In this document: positions 24,858 to 35,976 of the stretch, one piece after another
How the letters are laid out: every line of letters begins with the position of its first letter
Position numbering within the stretch: the stretch's first letter is position 1
Source: Methanobacteriota archaeon
GTDB lineage: Archaea > Methanobacteriota > Methanobacteria > Methanobacteriales > Methanobacteriaceae
Direction of reading: 5' to 3'
Length of the DNA: 64,000 nucleotides
NCBI GenBank assembly: GCA_963787255.1
Contig: CAWBCJ010000029.1
Coordinates: forward strand, 448,001 to 512,000
Position numbers and translations under genes: made by a program
Notes under the pieces: generated by a model
Told to the model about the DNA's origin: nothing
Databases searched by the model: none
The model's input: only the letters and a program-made list of their open reading frames with translations

Positions 24858-25790
24858 ATGGAAATACTAACTCCTGACGACCTTAAAGAGAAATTTAAAG
24901 ATCCTTGGATAGCACCGTATAAGAAAGTCATTACCATGGCACAAGATGATATGGTAGAAATTGTTGAATATCATCCATGTGTTGGAGGCTCTGAATGGGT
25001 AGTTTACCAGTACGAAAGATCAAGCGAACTGGTAGAAAAATCAAAAAGAGACGGAAACAAACACACATTCCTTGTAAAGATAGGAAAATCAGATTTCAAC
25101 CTTAAACCAAGCTTTTCTGCAGCAGGAATAGAAGAAGTAAGCGTTGAAGATGATGAAGTAAAAATAGTGCATGCTGGACTTGCAGGTGCAGGAGTAGGCG
25201 CAGCAATGTGCAGGGGAATGGCAGAAGGCGTCAAAAGAGTAGAACTTTACGATATAGGTGGGGGTTCAAAGGTCGGAAGAGCTGCAGTTGTAACACCCAA
25301 GCTCCAGAAGGTTGTAATTGGAATTGATGACACCGATACTAAGGAAAAAGGAGCTACATGGACCCTTGCAAACAATGTAGGTCTTGAACTCAGTAAGATG
25401 GGGTTTGAATATATAGATCATGTTATTGTGCAACTTTATCCTCATAATCCTAACAAAACACAGAACTGCGTTGCAATAGCACTTGTTTTCGCTGTAAAAC
25501 CTGGGGAAAGAGACAAACTTATAGAAGAAGCGCGTAAACTATTTAAAGAACATACATTATCTCAAAAAACTTCCATGGCAGTTTTAGATGGTCTTAAGAT
25601 TCCGGAAGATCTTAGAAAATACGCAGAAGCGGCAAAAAAATCCATGATAACATTGGAAGAGGCTGAAAAGACAGGAAAAGAGTTGGGAATCCAATTTGTA
25701 GAAGTCACAGGTCCTCAAGGTAAGATAGGTGCTCTTGCAGCTTTAGGTCTTTATGATGATCTAAAGGAAGCAGTAAAAGTTTATTATTAG
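24858..25790 (+). CDS. mmp11: Methanogenesis marker protein 11 (DUF1743/TiaS-like domain)
   Basis: AGLAGAGVGA, GIDDTDT, VQLYPHNPNKTQNC, GKIGALAALG; downstream of ribH. Confidence 0.88.
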   Translation: MEILTPDDLKEKFKDPWIAPYKKVITMAQDDMVEIVEYHPCVGGSEWVVYQYERSSELVEKSKRDGNKHTFLVKIGKSDFNLKPSFSAAGIEEVSVEDDEVKIVHAGLAGAGVGAAMCRGMAEGVKRVELYDIGGGSKVGRAAVVTPKLQKVVIGIDDTDTKEKGATWTLANNVGLELSKMGFEYIDHVIVQLYPHNPNKTQNCVAIALVFAVKPGERDKLIEEARKLFKEHTLSQKTSMAVLDGLKIPEDLRKYAEAAKKSMITLEEAEKTGKELGIQFVEVTGPQGKIGALAALGLYDDLKEAVKVYY

Positions 25791-25794
25791 GTCT

Positions 25795-27549
25795 TTAATT
25801 GGTCTGTTTACTGCTTAAAAGAAGATTTAAGAATTTGCCTTTATCTGATGTTGCAAAATGCACATTTGAATCTGCAGGACCATCTATTTCTATTTTGATC
25901 ACACTGTTACCCCAGTAGACGTATGCGACTTTATTGGGGTCATTTTTATTAATATTAATTGTTTTGTACTTAACGTTGTTAACGTAGATACTATAAGTTC
26001 CACTTTCAATTATTCCTGGAGTGTTCATCACTTTTTGACCATCAACATATATATTAACCATTCTACCCTTTTCAGTGCTTGGATTTATAAGTACGCCTTC
26101 TTTTACTTCTAGATTATATAGATTGTTGAAATTAGGGTCTAAAGCCATGGATCTTTCAGCATACATGGTTTTAAATATATTCCTGAGATTTCCATCCAGT
26201 ATAACTGTTCCTATATTTAATCCCATCCTATTTCTTGCATCTAAGGGCATTCTAAGTATATTACTTTCTCCAAGCCGCGTTTCATTCAATATGTATTTTC
26301 TATTATTTATGTAAATAGAATCACCGTAGCTAAACTCCAAAGTGCTCATAGCTTCTGGAGGCATTCTTATTATAGTGTTTTCGTTTTCCAGCGCACTGTC
26401 TATAGTATATGGGCCTCTTATTTCCACTTTTGTAATATCCGGTGAAGTTCCAAGAGGAATTATCAGATTACCTGAAGCAGGCTGTATTGTGAGTTTGCCG
26501 CCGTCAATATGTACAGATCCTACGAGAGTGAAAATCATTGCCAGCAGTATCAATGCAGAGACAAGAATTGGAAAATGCATGTAAAGGAATGATTTAAGTG
26601 CAGGAGACTTTCGATCTGATTTTGAAAGAACTTTAAAGGACCTTCTTATAAGTTTGAAAGTATAGAAAAGTGCAATAATAAGTCCAATAACTAAAAGAAC
26701 GGCCCCAAACCATGCAGGAATTCTGTTAATGAAAAATATAGAAAAGATTCCTAAAGAAATAAGCGAAAGGCCTAAAATACTCATTCTTATGTATTTTCCA
26801 AGAGTATCCATCATTGAAACCCTTCCATATTCCATTGCCCTGTCTACAATGGTTCTTACGACTTCGTTAGCCATTTTATTCAGGCTTTTAATAGGTGAAT
26901 GCGTATGTTCAATTTGGCCAATGTCTACCTCTTTTATCCTCATGCCCCTTACGTCAGCATCCAAGACAATTCCAACATCAACGCCGTAGTCTTCTTCAAA
27001 TTGTATCTTGTTTAAAAAGGTTCTTACGGCTGCAAACTGCCCGCTTAAGGGTTGTTCATATTTTAATTCTGGGAAAAAAAAGTTCAAAAGAGGCTTTGCA
27101 GTTAATTCAGTTACTCTTCCTGCCTTTCTTTTAAATTTTGTCTTTGTAATATCTGCTTTCCCATCCAATATTGGTTTAATGATCTTTTCAACCTGATTAG
27201 GAGTTAAATTGCTAAGGTCAGCGTCAATAAAAGCTACTATATCTCCTTTAGAGTTTTCAAGACCTGTTTTTAAAGCTGCTCCCTTTCCAGAGTTAATTTT
27301 ATGACTTATGACTGTGGCCCCGGCATTTTCGGCTAGTTGGGCAGTTTTATCTGTTGATCCATCATTAACAACTATTATCTCGTCAACAATACTCAAGCGC
27401 TTTACAACTTTAATTACATTTCCAACAGTTGCTGATTCATTATAAGCTGGAATCACAATAGACACTGACATTTTTGTATTGGAACCTCTGTTTTTGATAG
27501 AAGCCACTAGTAAGATAAAAATTAGGATAATCCATGACAAAACGTACAC
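25795..27549 (-). CDS. Family 2 glycosyltransferase (glucosyl-3-phosphoglycerate synthase-like N-domain) with TM helices and C-terminal extension
   Basis: VIPAYNE, NDGSTD, GKG, FIDAD, GRVTELTAKPLL, QPLSGQFA. Confidence 0.88.
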   Translation of the reverse strand: MYVLSWIILIFILLVASIKNRGSNTKMSVSIVIPAYNESATVGNVIKVVKRLSIVDEIIVVNDGSTDKTAQLAENAGATVISHKINSGKGAALKTGLENSKGDIVAFIDADLSNLTPNQVEKIIKPILDGKADITKTKFKRKAGRVTELTAKPLLNFFFPELKYEQPLSGQFAAVRTFLNKIQFEEDYGVDVGIVLDADVRGMRIKEVDIGQIEHTHSPIKSLNKMANEVVRTIVDRAMEYGRVSMMDTLGKYIRMSILGLSLISLGIFSIFFINRIPAWFGAVLLVIGLIIALFYTFKLIRRSFKVLSKSDRKSPALKSFLYMHFPILVSALILLAMIFTLVGSVHIDGGKLTIQPASGNLIIPLGTSPDITKVEIRGPYTIDSALENENTIIRMPPEAMSTLEFSYGDSIYINNRKYILNETRLGESNILRMPLDARNRMGLNIGTVILDGNLRNIFKTMYAERSMALDPNFNNLYNLEVKEGVLINPSTEKGRMVNIYVDGQKVMNTPGIIESGTYSIYVNNVKYKTININKNDPNKVAYVYWGNSVIKIEIDGPADSNVHFATSDKGKFLNLLLSSKQTN

Positions 27550-27659
27550 CTCAAACTTCTGAAATTTTATAAATAATGCGAAATATATTTGAAAATATCT
27601 AACAAGATTATTTACTTTCTACATAATAAATTAATGTATTAAATAATTGAAGGTGTAAA

Positions 27660-28682
27660 ATGAAACCAAGAGTCATGATATTACTGGGAAGTGCTTCCGA
27701 TTTTGGGGTAGCAGAGAAAGCAATAGATATTTTAGAAACTTTAAAGATTCCATACGACGTCAAAGTGGCTTCAGCACATAGAACACACGAAAAAGTGAAA
27801 AAAATAGTAATGAAGGCTACTAATGAAGGTATAGAAGTTTTTATAGGTATTGCTGGGCTTTCAGCGCATTTACCAGGAATGATAGCTGCAAACACTCATA
27901 AACCAGTAGTTGGAGTGCCTGTAGAAGTTAAATTAGGAGGGCTAGATGCATTATATGCTTCGGTACAAATGCCTTTTGGAGCACCTGTGGCAACAGTGGG
28001 TATTGACCGTGGAGAAAACGCAGCATTACTTGCAGCACAGATAATTGGAATTCATGATGAAAATTGCAGAAAAAGAGTTTCATCAATGAGAGCTTCCTTC
28101 TTTGAAAAGGTGAAGGGTGACGAAAAAAATCTTCTTGAAATGATCAAGGGAGATTATTATTCTCCTCAGCTTAATATTCCAGAAAATGAATTAAAAAATG
28201 AAGATTTATCTAAAGAACACGTACCTGATGAAATAGAAGAATTAGACGTGGCTATAATTGCTGGAAGTTACTCTGATATTAAAGTTGCAAAAAAAGCAAC
28301 TAATTTCCTTGATAAAATGGATGTAAATTACGATTTTAGCGTCGTATCTCCATTAAGGTACCCAAAAAGGTTTGAAGAATATTTAAGGAAGGTTAAAAGT
28401 GCTAAACTTTTTATAGCTATAACTGGATTATCTGCCCACGTTACAGGTGCAATTGTGGCATATACAGAAAAACCGGTTATAGGAGTCCCATGCTCGATAC
28501 AACTTGATGGAATGGACGCACTGCTTTCAATGGTTAATATGCCTCCTGGAGTACCTGTTGGAACTTTAGGAATCGATAATGGTGGCAATGCAGCAATTCT
28601 CGCAGGAGAAATGCTCGGCATAACCAATAAAAACATAGAAAAAGATATCAGGAAATTTAAAGGGAATATTGAATGCAGCTAA
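27660..28682 (+). CDS. purE: N5-CAIR mutase PurE, tandem two-domain form
   Basis: GSASD, SAHRT, AGLSAHLPG, PVVGVP, QMP; second degenerate PurE domain (GSYSD, GLSAHVTG, NMPPGVPV). Confidence 0.95.
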   Translation: MKPRVMILLGSASDFGVAEKAIDILETLKIPYDVKVASAHRTHEKVKKIVMKATNEGIEVFIGIAGLSAHLPGMIAANTHKPVVGVPVEVKLGGLDALYASVQMPFGAPVATVGIDRGENAALLAAQIIGIHDENCRKRVSSMRASFFEKVKGDEKNLLEMIKGDYYSPQLNIPENELKNEDLSKEHVPDEIEELDVAIIAGSYSDIKVAKKATNFLDKMDVNYDFSVVSPLRYPKRFEEYLRKVKSAKLFIAITGLSAHVTGAIVAYTEKPVIGVPCSIQLDGMDALLSMVNMPPGVPVGTLGIDNGGNAAILAGEMLGITNKNIEKDIRKFKGNIECS

Positions 28683-28703
28683 TAATTCAATTTTGAGGAA
28701 AAT

Positions 28704-28841
28704 ATGAAAAAAGAAGAAGAAAATCATTATAATAATAAAACATGCCAAACCGGGAGCTGCGGCTGCGCCGCAAATTATATATGGCTAGGGATCGCAGTTA
28801 TATTCTTTGTAATGGCCATTGCAATGATTTTCGGTAAATAA
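28704..28841 (+). CDS. 45-aa Cys-motif tail-anchored microprotein
   Basis: MKKEEENHYNNKTCQTGSCGCAANYIWLGIAVIFFVMAIAMIFGK; GAGG SD; fills the purE-ubiD gap in the operon direction. Confidence 0.72.
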   Translation: MKKEEENHYNNKTCQTGSCGCAANYIWLGIAVIFFVMAIAMIFGK

Positions 28842-28858
28842 GTTAAGTAGGTGAAGGA

Positions 28859-30142
28859 ATGAGAGAATTTTTAGACGTTCTGGAGAATGAATTCAAGGTT
28901 ATAAAGATCGAAAAAGAAATATCCACAAAATATGAGGTTGCAAAGGTCTTAAGAGAACATCCAAAAGATGCAATTATCTTTGAAAACATTAAAGATAGTA
29001 AAATGAGGATTATTTCAGGTATATGTAACACCAGAGATAAAATAGCCAGAGGAATTGGAGTTAATGTACCTGAAATTACAAAAAAGATAATGGAAGCTAC
29101 TGGAAACCCAATCAAAGTTGAAAACATTGAAAGTGTTAAAACGAATTATATTACTCAAAAAGAGCCAAATTTAACCGAAATTCCAATACCTACTTATTAC
29201 CAAAAGGACGGCGGAGCTTACATCACAGCTGGAGTTATAATAGCAAAAGATCCTGAAACCGGAATAAGGAACGCATCAATTCACAGGATGCTTGTTTCAG
29301 GCAAAAATAGACTTGGAGTAAGAATTGTTCCAAGAAACCTTTACACATACTATAAAAAAGCAGAAGAAATGGATAAACCGCTTGAAATAGCAATCGCAAT
29401 AGGAATGCATCCCGCAACTCTTCTTGCAACCACCACATCAGTCCCAATAACAACTGATGAACTTGAAGTGGCTAATAATTTTCATAATGGCAATATGAAA
29501 CTTATAGAATGCGAAAATGTTGATCTCCAAGTGCCTAATGCAGAAATCATTATGGAAGGTAAACTTCTACCCCACATAAGAGAGCCTGAAGGCCCATTCG
29601 TTGACTTAACAGACACTTACGATGTTATAAGGAACGAACCAGTCATAGAAATTGATAAAATACATTACAAGGACAATCCATATTACCATGCAATCATGCC
29701 CGCAGGCTTTGAACACAGACTTCTCCAGGGACTTCCACAAGAACCCAGAATTTATAACGCTGTTTTAAATACCGTTCCAACAGTACAGAATGTTGTTTTA
29801 ACTGAAGGCGGATGCTGCTGGCTCCATGCTGCAGTTTCAATAAAAAAACAAACTCAAGGCGATGGAAAAAACGTTATAATGGCAGCTCTCGCTGCTCACC
29901 CATCATTAAAACATGCCATTGTTGTTGATGAGGATATTGACATATTTAATCCTGAAGACCTGGAATATGCCATTGCAACAAGAGTAAAAGGTGACGAAGA
30001 TATCATGATCGTTCCAGGAGCAAGAGGTTCTTCACTCGATCCATGTGCAACACCTGATGGTACAACTACAAAAGTTGGGGTCGACGCTACAAAACCTTTG
30101 GATAAAAAGGAGAAATTTGAGAGGGTTAGCTTTTCAGAATAG
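28859..30142 (+). CDS. UbiD-family prFMN decarboxylase (probable anhydromevalonate phosphate decarboxylase)
   Basis: [47 protein letters not shown]. Confidence 0.9.
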   Translation: MREFLDVLENEFKVIKIEKEISTKYEVAKVLREHPKDAIIFENIKDSKMRIISGICNTRDKIARGIGVNVPEITKKIMEATGNPIKVENIESVKTNYITQKEPNLTEIPIPTYYQKDGGAYITAGVIIAKDPETGIRNASIHRMLVSGKNRLGVRIVPRNLYTYYKKAEEMDKPLEIAIAIGMHPATLLATTTSVPITTDELEVANNFHNGNMKLIECENVDLQVPNAEIIMEGKLLPHIREPEGPFVDLTDTYDVIRNEPVIEIDKIHYKDNPYYHAIMPAGFEHRLLQGLPQEPRIYNAVLNTVPTVQNVVLTEGGCCWLHAAVSIKKQTQGDGKNVIMAALAAHPSLKHAIVVDEDIDIFNPEDLEYAIATRVKGDEDIMIVPGARGSSLDPCATPDGTTTKVGVDATKPLDKKEKFERVSFSE

Positions 30143-30189
30143 CTGAATAATTAAAAAATTTTAAAAAGTAAAAATGATGAGATTTATTC

Positions 30190-30786
30190 TCATTTTTTGC
30201 TGTAGAACCAGTATCCTGCACCTGCAATGATTATAATAGAGCTGCGGCTAATATAATGTCCGGTGTGTTAGTTGATGTTTGAGGAACTTGAGAGGTTGTG
30301 TTAGTTGTATTGGTTATTTGATTAGATGTTTCATTGTCTGAGATATGTGGATCGTTTAGAATTGCTTTTAGAACTTTACCAGTTTCAGCATCCACGTAGA
30401 TTCTTCCAACATTTTTTCCATTCTTATCATTGACCTGTACAATCCATGCATCATTATAACCTGAAATCTGGTTTGTATTTATTCATATATTCAGTTGAAG
30501 CATTATTTGGAGCATTGCCAAAATATTGGCTGAATTCAGAGACTGGCATCCATTTCACTTCGCCAGTTTTTGTATCTTTGACTTTTATTTTCAAAGCATC
30601 AATGTTTTCTGGAGTGTAACGGCTGTGAAAGGCAAATTATGGGAGTTTAGGTAGCTCTGAGCTACATGTTTTGGCCTGATTGGCACCGATTATTAGGTCC
30701 GGAGTCGGCATAAGACAAAGTTTAAGGATTGCCAACTACAAAAATCGTTATCAAAAATATTTTTAAAGATGTTTTTATTTCAACAT
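30190..30786 (-). pseudogene. Multiply frameshifted exported PepSY-domain protein with C-terminal membrane anchor
   Basis: GGAGG SD plus ATG at 30786; last intact frame reads AWIVQVNDKNGKNVGRIYVDAETGKVL (PepSY-like), a Thr/Asn-rich linker and IILAAALIIIIAGAGYWFYSKK; several indels upstream. Confidence 0.6.
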
Positions 30787-30987
30787 TTAATTGACCTCCT
30801 TTGAATTGTTGATTCTGTTTAAACCAACTATATTAATAAATTATTGCTCACGGTAATTAGACATTTTAAAAGCCTTGATTGGTAACATTAGCTTGATTTA
30901 TGGACTTTACACTTAAATGAAATATGAATAAAGGTAGCATGTATATGCATTTAATAGAAGCGTTCATTTAATCTGGTGAATAGGTTT

Positions 30988-32059
30988 TTAAAGCGTATAT
31001 AATACGGAAATTTTATCTATGTCTATCGTAACAAGGTTTAATACTGTGTACAGCTGCTTTTGAAGCCCTTTTTCGTTTCCGTTATTTTTAACCAAGATTT
31101 TCATAGTTGTCGATCCACGGTTAAGATAGCCCGGTATTTCGCTATCTTTGTGAACCATTGAATTAGTATCTGGATTTTTCATGCAGGTTAAAAATGTGGA
31201 AGAAATATTCGCATAGAGCAAATGGTAAATAGATATGACTGATGGGGGCATCTCTACCGCTAATAGATTATTGAAGGCCATGAAATCACTTTTTTCAGCA
31301 TTGAAACCATTAATTCGTGTATTTGAAACTAAAAAATCAACAAAACGATGGATTATTTTGAACAAAGGAATCCTGACTTACAAAACAGGGATCACCAATC
31401 CCAACTGCCTCCAAACTAATCACTGCAATGGTATTATCTATCGAATCTTGATTTTGAAGAACATAATGGCGTGCGTCCAGCTAAGATAAGGTATGTACAT
31501 TATTTTATCGTATTGGACTGCACTTAGGCTAGATTCGCTGCTTGAGGACGTGGAAAAGTGTATTCATCTTCACCTGCTCCAAATCCTATTAATTTTAGGG
31601 TATAATAAGGTTTGTCCTGCGCTGATAATGTTTTGCAAGCCCTATAAGTATTGCAAGACCGGTTGCATCATCATTAGCACCTTCAGTATAGTTGCTGCTT
31701 ATTTTATCTTTATAAGTGTCTAAATCGGCACATATGATGATCTGTTCTTTAGAAGTTCCATTAATGGTCCCTATAACATTTTGCGACTTTTTAATATCCT
31801 TTGAATCCAGTGAATAGTACTGAAATTCCTGTATTTGGGTTGAAACTCCATAATCATTAAATCTTGATTGAAGATATTCTGCAGTATTTTGTTCTTTTTG
31901 GGATCCGGCAGGTCTTGGTCCTATTTCTTTTGAAATATGCTTAACGTCATTTATTAATGATAAATCAGTGGATTCAACATTAGTTGAATAGCTTAACATT
32001 GCAAAAGCTGCTAAAAATATAAAAAACATTATTAAAATAATTATTTTTTCGAAATTCAT
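30988..32059 (-). pseudogene. Secreted M28-family peptidase-like protein, multiply frameshifted
   Basis: Signal peptide, IGPRPAGS, QNVIG, IIICADLD, GANDDATG in 31595..32059; continuation in other frames to 30988. Confidence 0.7.
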
Positions 32060-32199
32060 CTATATTTGCCTCTGGAGCAGATTTAGCGTGGATGTATATT
32101 ATTGTAGACAGGATTATTATATTTATTTAATGTTTCTTTTACTAGACTAAAAATATAGAATTTATCTTTGAACGGATAAATTATTCAAAAATATTCTTT

Positions 32200-32604
32200 T
32201 TATTCAGGAATTACTGCAATTGCGTCTATTTCAATTAGAAAATCAGGATTAGCAAGTGAAGAAACAAAAACAACAGTTATTGCTGGAGGATTCCTTATTT
32301 TGCCCATCATTTTTTGAGATGCTTCAAAAGCTGGCCGTGGATCATTTCCATGAACGATATAAATATTCAACTTAATCAAATTTTCAAATTTAGTTCCAGC
32401 AGCTTCTAAAGCTATTTTTAAATTCTTTAAAACCTGTTCTGATTGCTTTTTAATATCATCTTTTCCAATAATTTCCCCATGGGCATTAATCGAATCCTGA
32501 CCTCCAATATACGCGGTTTTCATGCCTCCGGGAACAATAATTACATTTGAAAATGCAGGATTTTTATTTAAACCATCAGGATTAATATATTGAACATTTT
32601 TCAT
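32200..32604 (-). CDS. RidA/YjgF family protein
   Basis: FSNVI, YIGGQ, QVLKNLKIALEAAG, PPAIT, LANPDFLIEIDAIA. Confidence 0.9.
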   Translation of the reverse strand: MKNVQYINPDGLNKNPAFSNVIIVPGGMKTAYIGGQDSINAHGEIIGKDDIKKQSEQVLKNLKIALEAAGTKFENLIKLNIYIVHGNDPRPAFEASQKMMGKIRNPPAITVVFVSSLANPDFLIEIDAIAVIPE

Positions 32605-32619
32605 ATTTTTATTTCCTTT

Positions 32620-34330
32620 TTAATCATCTACGGGGAATTTATTTGTTTTTCCATGAAAAAAGGCAGGAAGTGTAAAATAAAATGTAGAACCTTTACCGAA
32701 CTCTGACTCCACCCATATACGCCCACCGTGACGTTCTACTATTCTTTTACTGATGGCTAAACCTATTCCTGCACCTTTATATTCGTCAATGGTGTGGAGC
32801 CTCTTGAAAACTTCAAATATCTTATCGGTATATTTAGATTCCATCCCTATGCCGTTATCTGAAACTTTAAAAACATATTCATTGTTTTTTTCATCTAAAG
32901 ATGCTGAAATGTGAATTTTGGGAGGTTCATCTGGTTTTTTAAATTTAATAGCATTTCCAATTAGGTTCTGGAATAATTGAACCAGAAGTCTTTTATCACC
33001 AAGGACAGTTGGAAGAGAATCATTGATGATTTCTGCATTATTTTCATCTATTGTACTTTTTAAATTGGAAATAGCATCATTGAGGGCTTTATTTACATCT
33101 GTTGGCCTAAATTCGGCACCTTTAGTTCCAATACGGGAATAATTGAGTAAACCCTGTATCATTTCTTTCATTCGCGTTGCAGCATCTACTACAAAGTCAA
33201 TATACTCATCGGCATCTTTATCAAGATTGCCTTTATATCTTTTTTCAAGAAGTTGCGTGAAACTTGCAATAGTACGAAGTGGTTCTTGCAAGTCATGAGA
33301 TGTTATATAAGCAAATTGTTGGAGTTCATAATTTGAACGTCTCAATTCTTCTATTGTTTCATGTAATTCTTCTTCTGCTTTTTTACGATCTGTTATATCT
33401 TCACATACGATGAAAATGACAATTTTTCCATCAGATCCTTTTACAGCACGTGCAGTTTCTCTTACCCACAATAGGCTGCCGTTTTTTCGAACTTTGCGCT
33501 GTTCCCATTGAAAAACTTGGCCCAAATTTTCTACACTGTGCTTCATATTTTGCGCTGCACTTTCCCTATCTTTTTCGTAAAATACATTTAATATAGATTT
33601 TCCAATCAATTCCGAAACACTATAACCAAGTTGTCCGGCTCCAAACCGATTTACAGATAGTATCATGTTTTCAGAATCCAAAGTAAAATACATGGAAGGA
33701 TTATCGTCATATAGAGCACGGTATTGGCGTTCACTTTCCCGCAAAGCTTCTTCAACTTTTTTACGCTCTGTAATGTCTCTTGCGATTACGGATATTCCTG
33801 TAATTTTTCTATCCTGATTTTTTATAGGTGATAAATTTACAGATACATATATTTCTTCACCATCTTTTTGGTGCCTTTTAGCCTCATAATGTACAATATT
33901 TTCCCCTTTTTTAATTTTATCTATGCTTTTGTATATATGTTCATACTGAGAAGGATTCAAGCAAAGAATGAGGTCCCTTTCCAATCATTTCTTCAGCAGA
34001 ATAGCCGTATACTTCTTCTGCACCTTTATTCCAGCTTGTGATAGTTCCATCAAGTGTTAAACTGATTATTCCATCATCTGATGATTCAACAATATTTGCC
34101 AATATATTTGCCTTTTCTTCAGCCTTTTTATGCTCTTCTATTTCTCTTTTCAAGTAATTATTTGACTTTTTAAGTTCATTCGCCCGTTCTTGAGCTTTTA
34201 ATTTTAACTTGGCATGTACTTTTTCTAATTCTTCTTTTTCTTTTAAAGCTTTCACAAGCAAAGATTGTGATGCATCAAATTCTTTGAGGGCTTTTTTAGC
34301 ATTTTTAAGTAATTCGTCCTCTTTTTCCAT
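32620..34330 (-). CDS. PAS-PAS sensor histidine kinase (one frameshift near 33975)
   Basis: IVESSDDGII..WNKGAE PAS split across two ORFs; second PAS; SHDLQEPLR H-box, NLIGNAIKF, DNGIG, GAGIGLAI, GKGSTF. Confidence 0.9.
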
Positions 34331-34521
34331 AATTTACCTTCTAAAGCTTTATTTTAGGGTATGTTTATTAGAATCAAGACAATCACGTAATACATGTTAA
34401 ATTAGGATATTAATTGCAAAAATAATGTTTTTAAGCCCATTAATGCATAAATCTACTAGTAGGCTATTTTGATTGTAATTAGTGTATATTTGAGCTGTAT
34501 TTTAGAAAAATATCAATGCAA

Positions 34522-35529
34522 TCAGGTTATGATGTTAATTGGAGCTTTACAGGTTGGACATTTACGTGTTTCTTTAAGCTTGTCATCCATAACTTCAAAC
34601 CCGTTTCTTTGTATAAGGACTTTTCCACATTCAGGACAAAGTGTACTTTCTTCACCGCCTGTAGAAACGTTTCCAATGTACACGTATTCCATTCCTGCTT
34701 CTTTAGCCATATTGTAGGCCCTTCTAAGAGATTCTACAGGGGTAGGTGGGAGCTGACCTAATTCATAGTATGGAAAAAATCTTGTAAAGTGTAAGGGAAC
34801 TTCTGTTCCTGTTTCTTCAACCATAAAGTCTATTAAAGCTTTAACATCTTCTTCAGAATCATTGTAATCGGGAATTAGTAGATTTGTTATTTCTATATGT
34901 ATTTTATTGTCATAAAATCGTTTAATATTGTCTAAAACCGGCTGAAGATTAGCTTGACATAGATCTCGATAGAATTTATCTGACATGCCCTTTAAATCAA
35001 TATTTGCAGCATCTAAATAAGGTTTAATAAGATTAAATGATTCTTCACTCATGTATCCATTTGTTACATATACTGTGGCTATATCTTCTTTTTTTGCAAG
35101 TTTTGCACAATCATAAGTGTATTCAAACCACATGGTTGGTTCGTTATAGGTCCAAGCAATTGACTTGCATCCATATTGTTTTGTAAGCCTTATTGCTTCT
35201 TCTGGAAGTATTTCTTGTGTTGGAATTTCTTCTAAATCTGCCTGGGAGATATTCCAGTTCTGGCAGTGCTTGCACCTAAAATTGCAGCCTACACTTCCAA
35301 GTGAAAAAACAGTTGAACCAGGGTAAAAATGGAAAAGAGGCTTTTTTTCTATGGGGTCAACAGCCACTGATGAAGCAGCAGCGTAGTTCAGTGCGCAAAT
35401 CTTATCTCCGATATTTTCTCTCATCCTGCAGAAACCAACATTTCCCTTTTTGATAATGCATCTTCTCTCACAAACCTTGCAGTTTAAGTTATCTCCGACT
35501 TTATCATATGTAAGGACTTCTTTTTTCAT
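34522..35529 (-). CDS. amrS: AmmeMemoRadiSam system radical SAM enzyme
   Basis: CxxCxxxC, DPIEKKPLFHF, GCNFRCKHCQNW, TYNEP, LHFTRFFP, YVYIGN. Confidence 0.92.
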   Translation of the reverse strand: MKKEVLTYDKVGDNLNCKVCERRCIIKKGNVGFCRMRENIGDKICALNYAAASSVAVDPIEKKPLFHFYPGSTVFSLGSVGCNFRCKHCQNWNISQADLEEIPTQEILPEEAIRLTKQYGCKSIAWTYNEPTMWFEYTYDCAKLAKKEDIATVYVTNGYMSEESFNLIKPYLDAANIDLKGMSDKFYRDLCQANLQPVLDNIKRFYDNKIHIEITNLLIPDYNDSEEDVKALIDFMVEETGTEVPLHFTRFFPYYELGQLPPTPVESLRRAYNMAKEAGMEYVYIGNVSTGGEESTLCPECGKVLIQRNGFEVMDDKLKETRKCPTCKAPINIIT

Positions 35530-35860
35530 AATAAACCCTCTTTATAATTTAATAATAATATTTAAATATTGGATTTTGGAGTTTAATAGAGAATTAATAA
35601 ATAATATTAATTCTGTAAAATTTATTATGTATTTTTTTTGTTTTACTTGATATAAAAATAATTAGATAGTTAATAAAACAACACATTCATCTTTATTATC
35701 TGGTTCTTATAATATTATATGCTTTGAATTCTGTATTTAGCTATTTTAAGGTCGTTTTTTGATGGAATAAGCGTGATTCGTTAAATTTGCTCCAAATTTA
35801 GATAATTTAGCGCTTCATTTGTCATGAGCGAACAACTATTTATACGCTGAAAATAAATTA

Positions 35861-35925
35861 TTAATGTTGGTATTCGAGTCCATTTCAACCTCAAATTTCG
35901 GATGCCAACGTTAATTCTTATTTTA
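35861..35925 (+). ncRNA. Candidate small hairpin RNA
   Basis: 17-bp stem 35861-35877/35898-35914, fully paired only on the + strand (3 G-U pairs); TTTATA at ~35839 upstream and T-run downstream. Confidence 0.45.
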
Positions 35926-35976
35926 ATTGAATTTAAGTACTGGTGAATTGTTTTAAAATATAACAAAATAATAAAA

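Noticed and set aside
27660-28682. Tandem PurE domain duplication
   Set aside because: Known feature of Methanobacteriales purE
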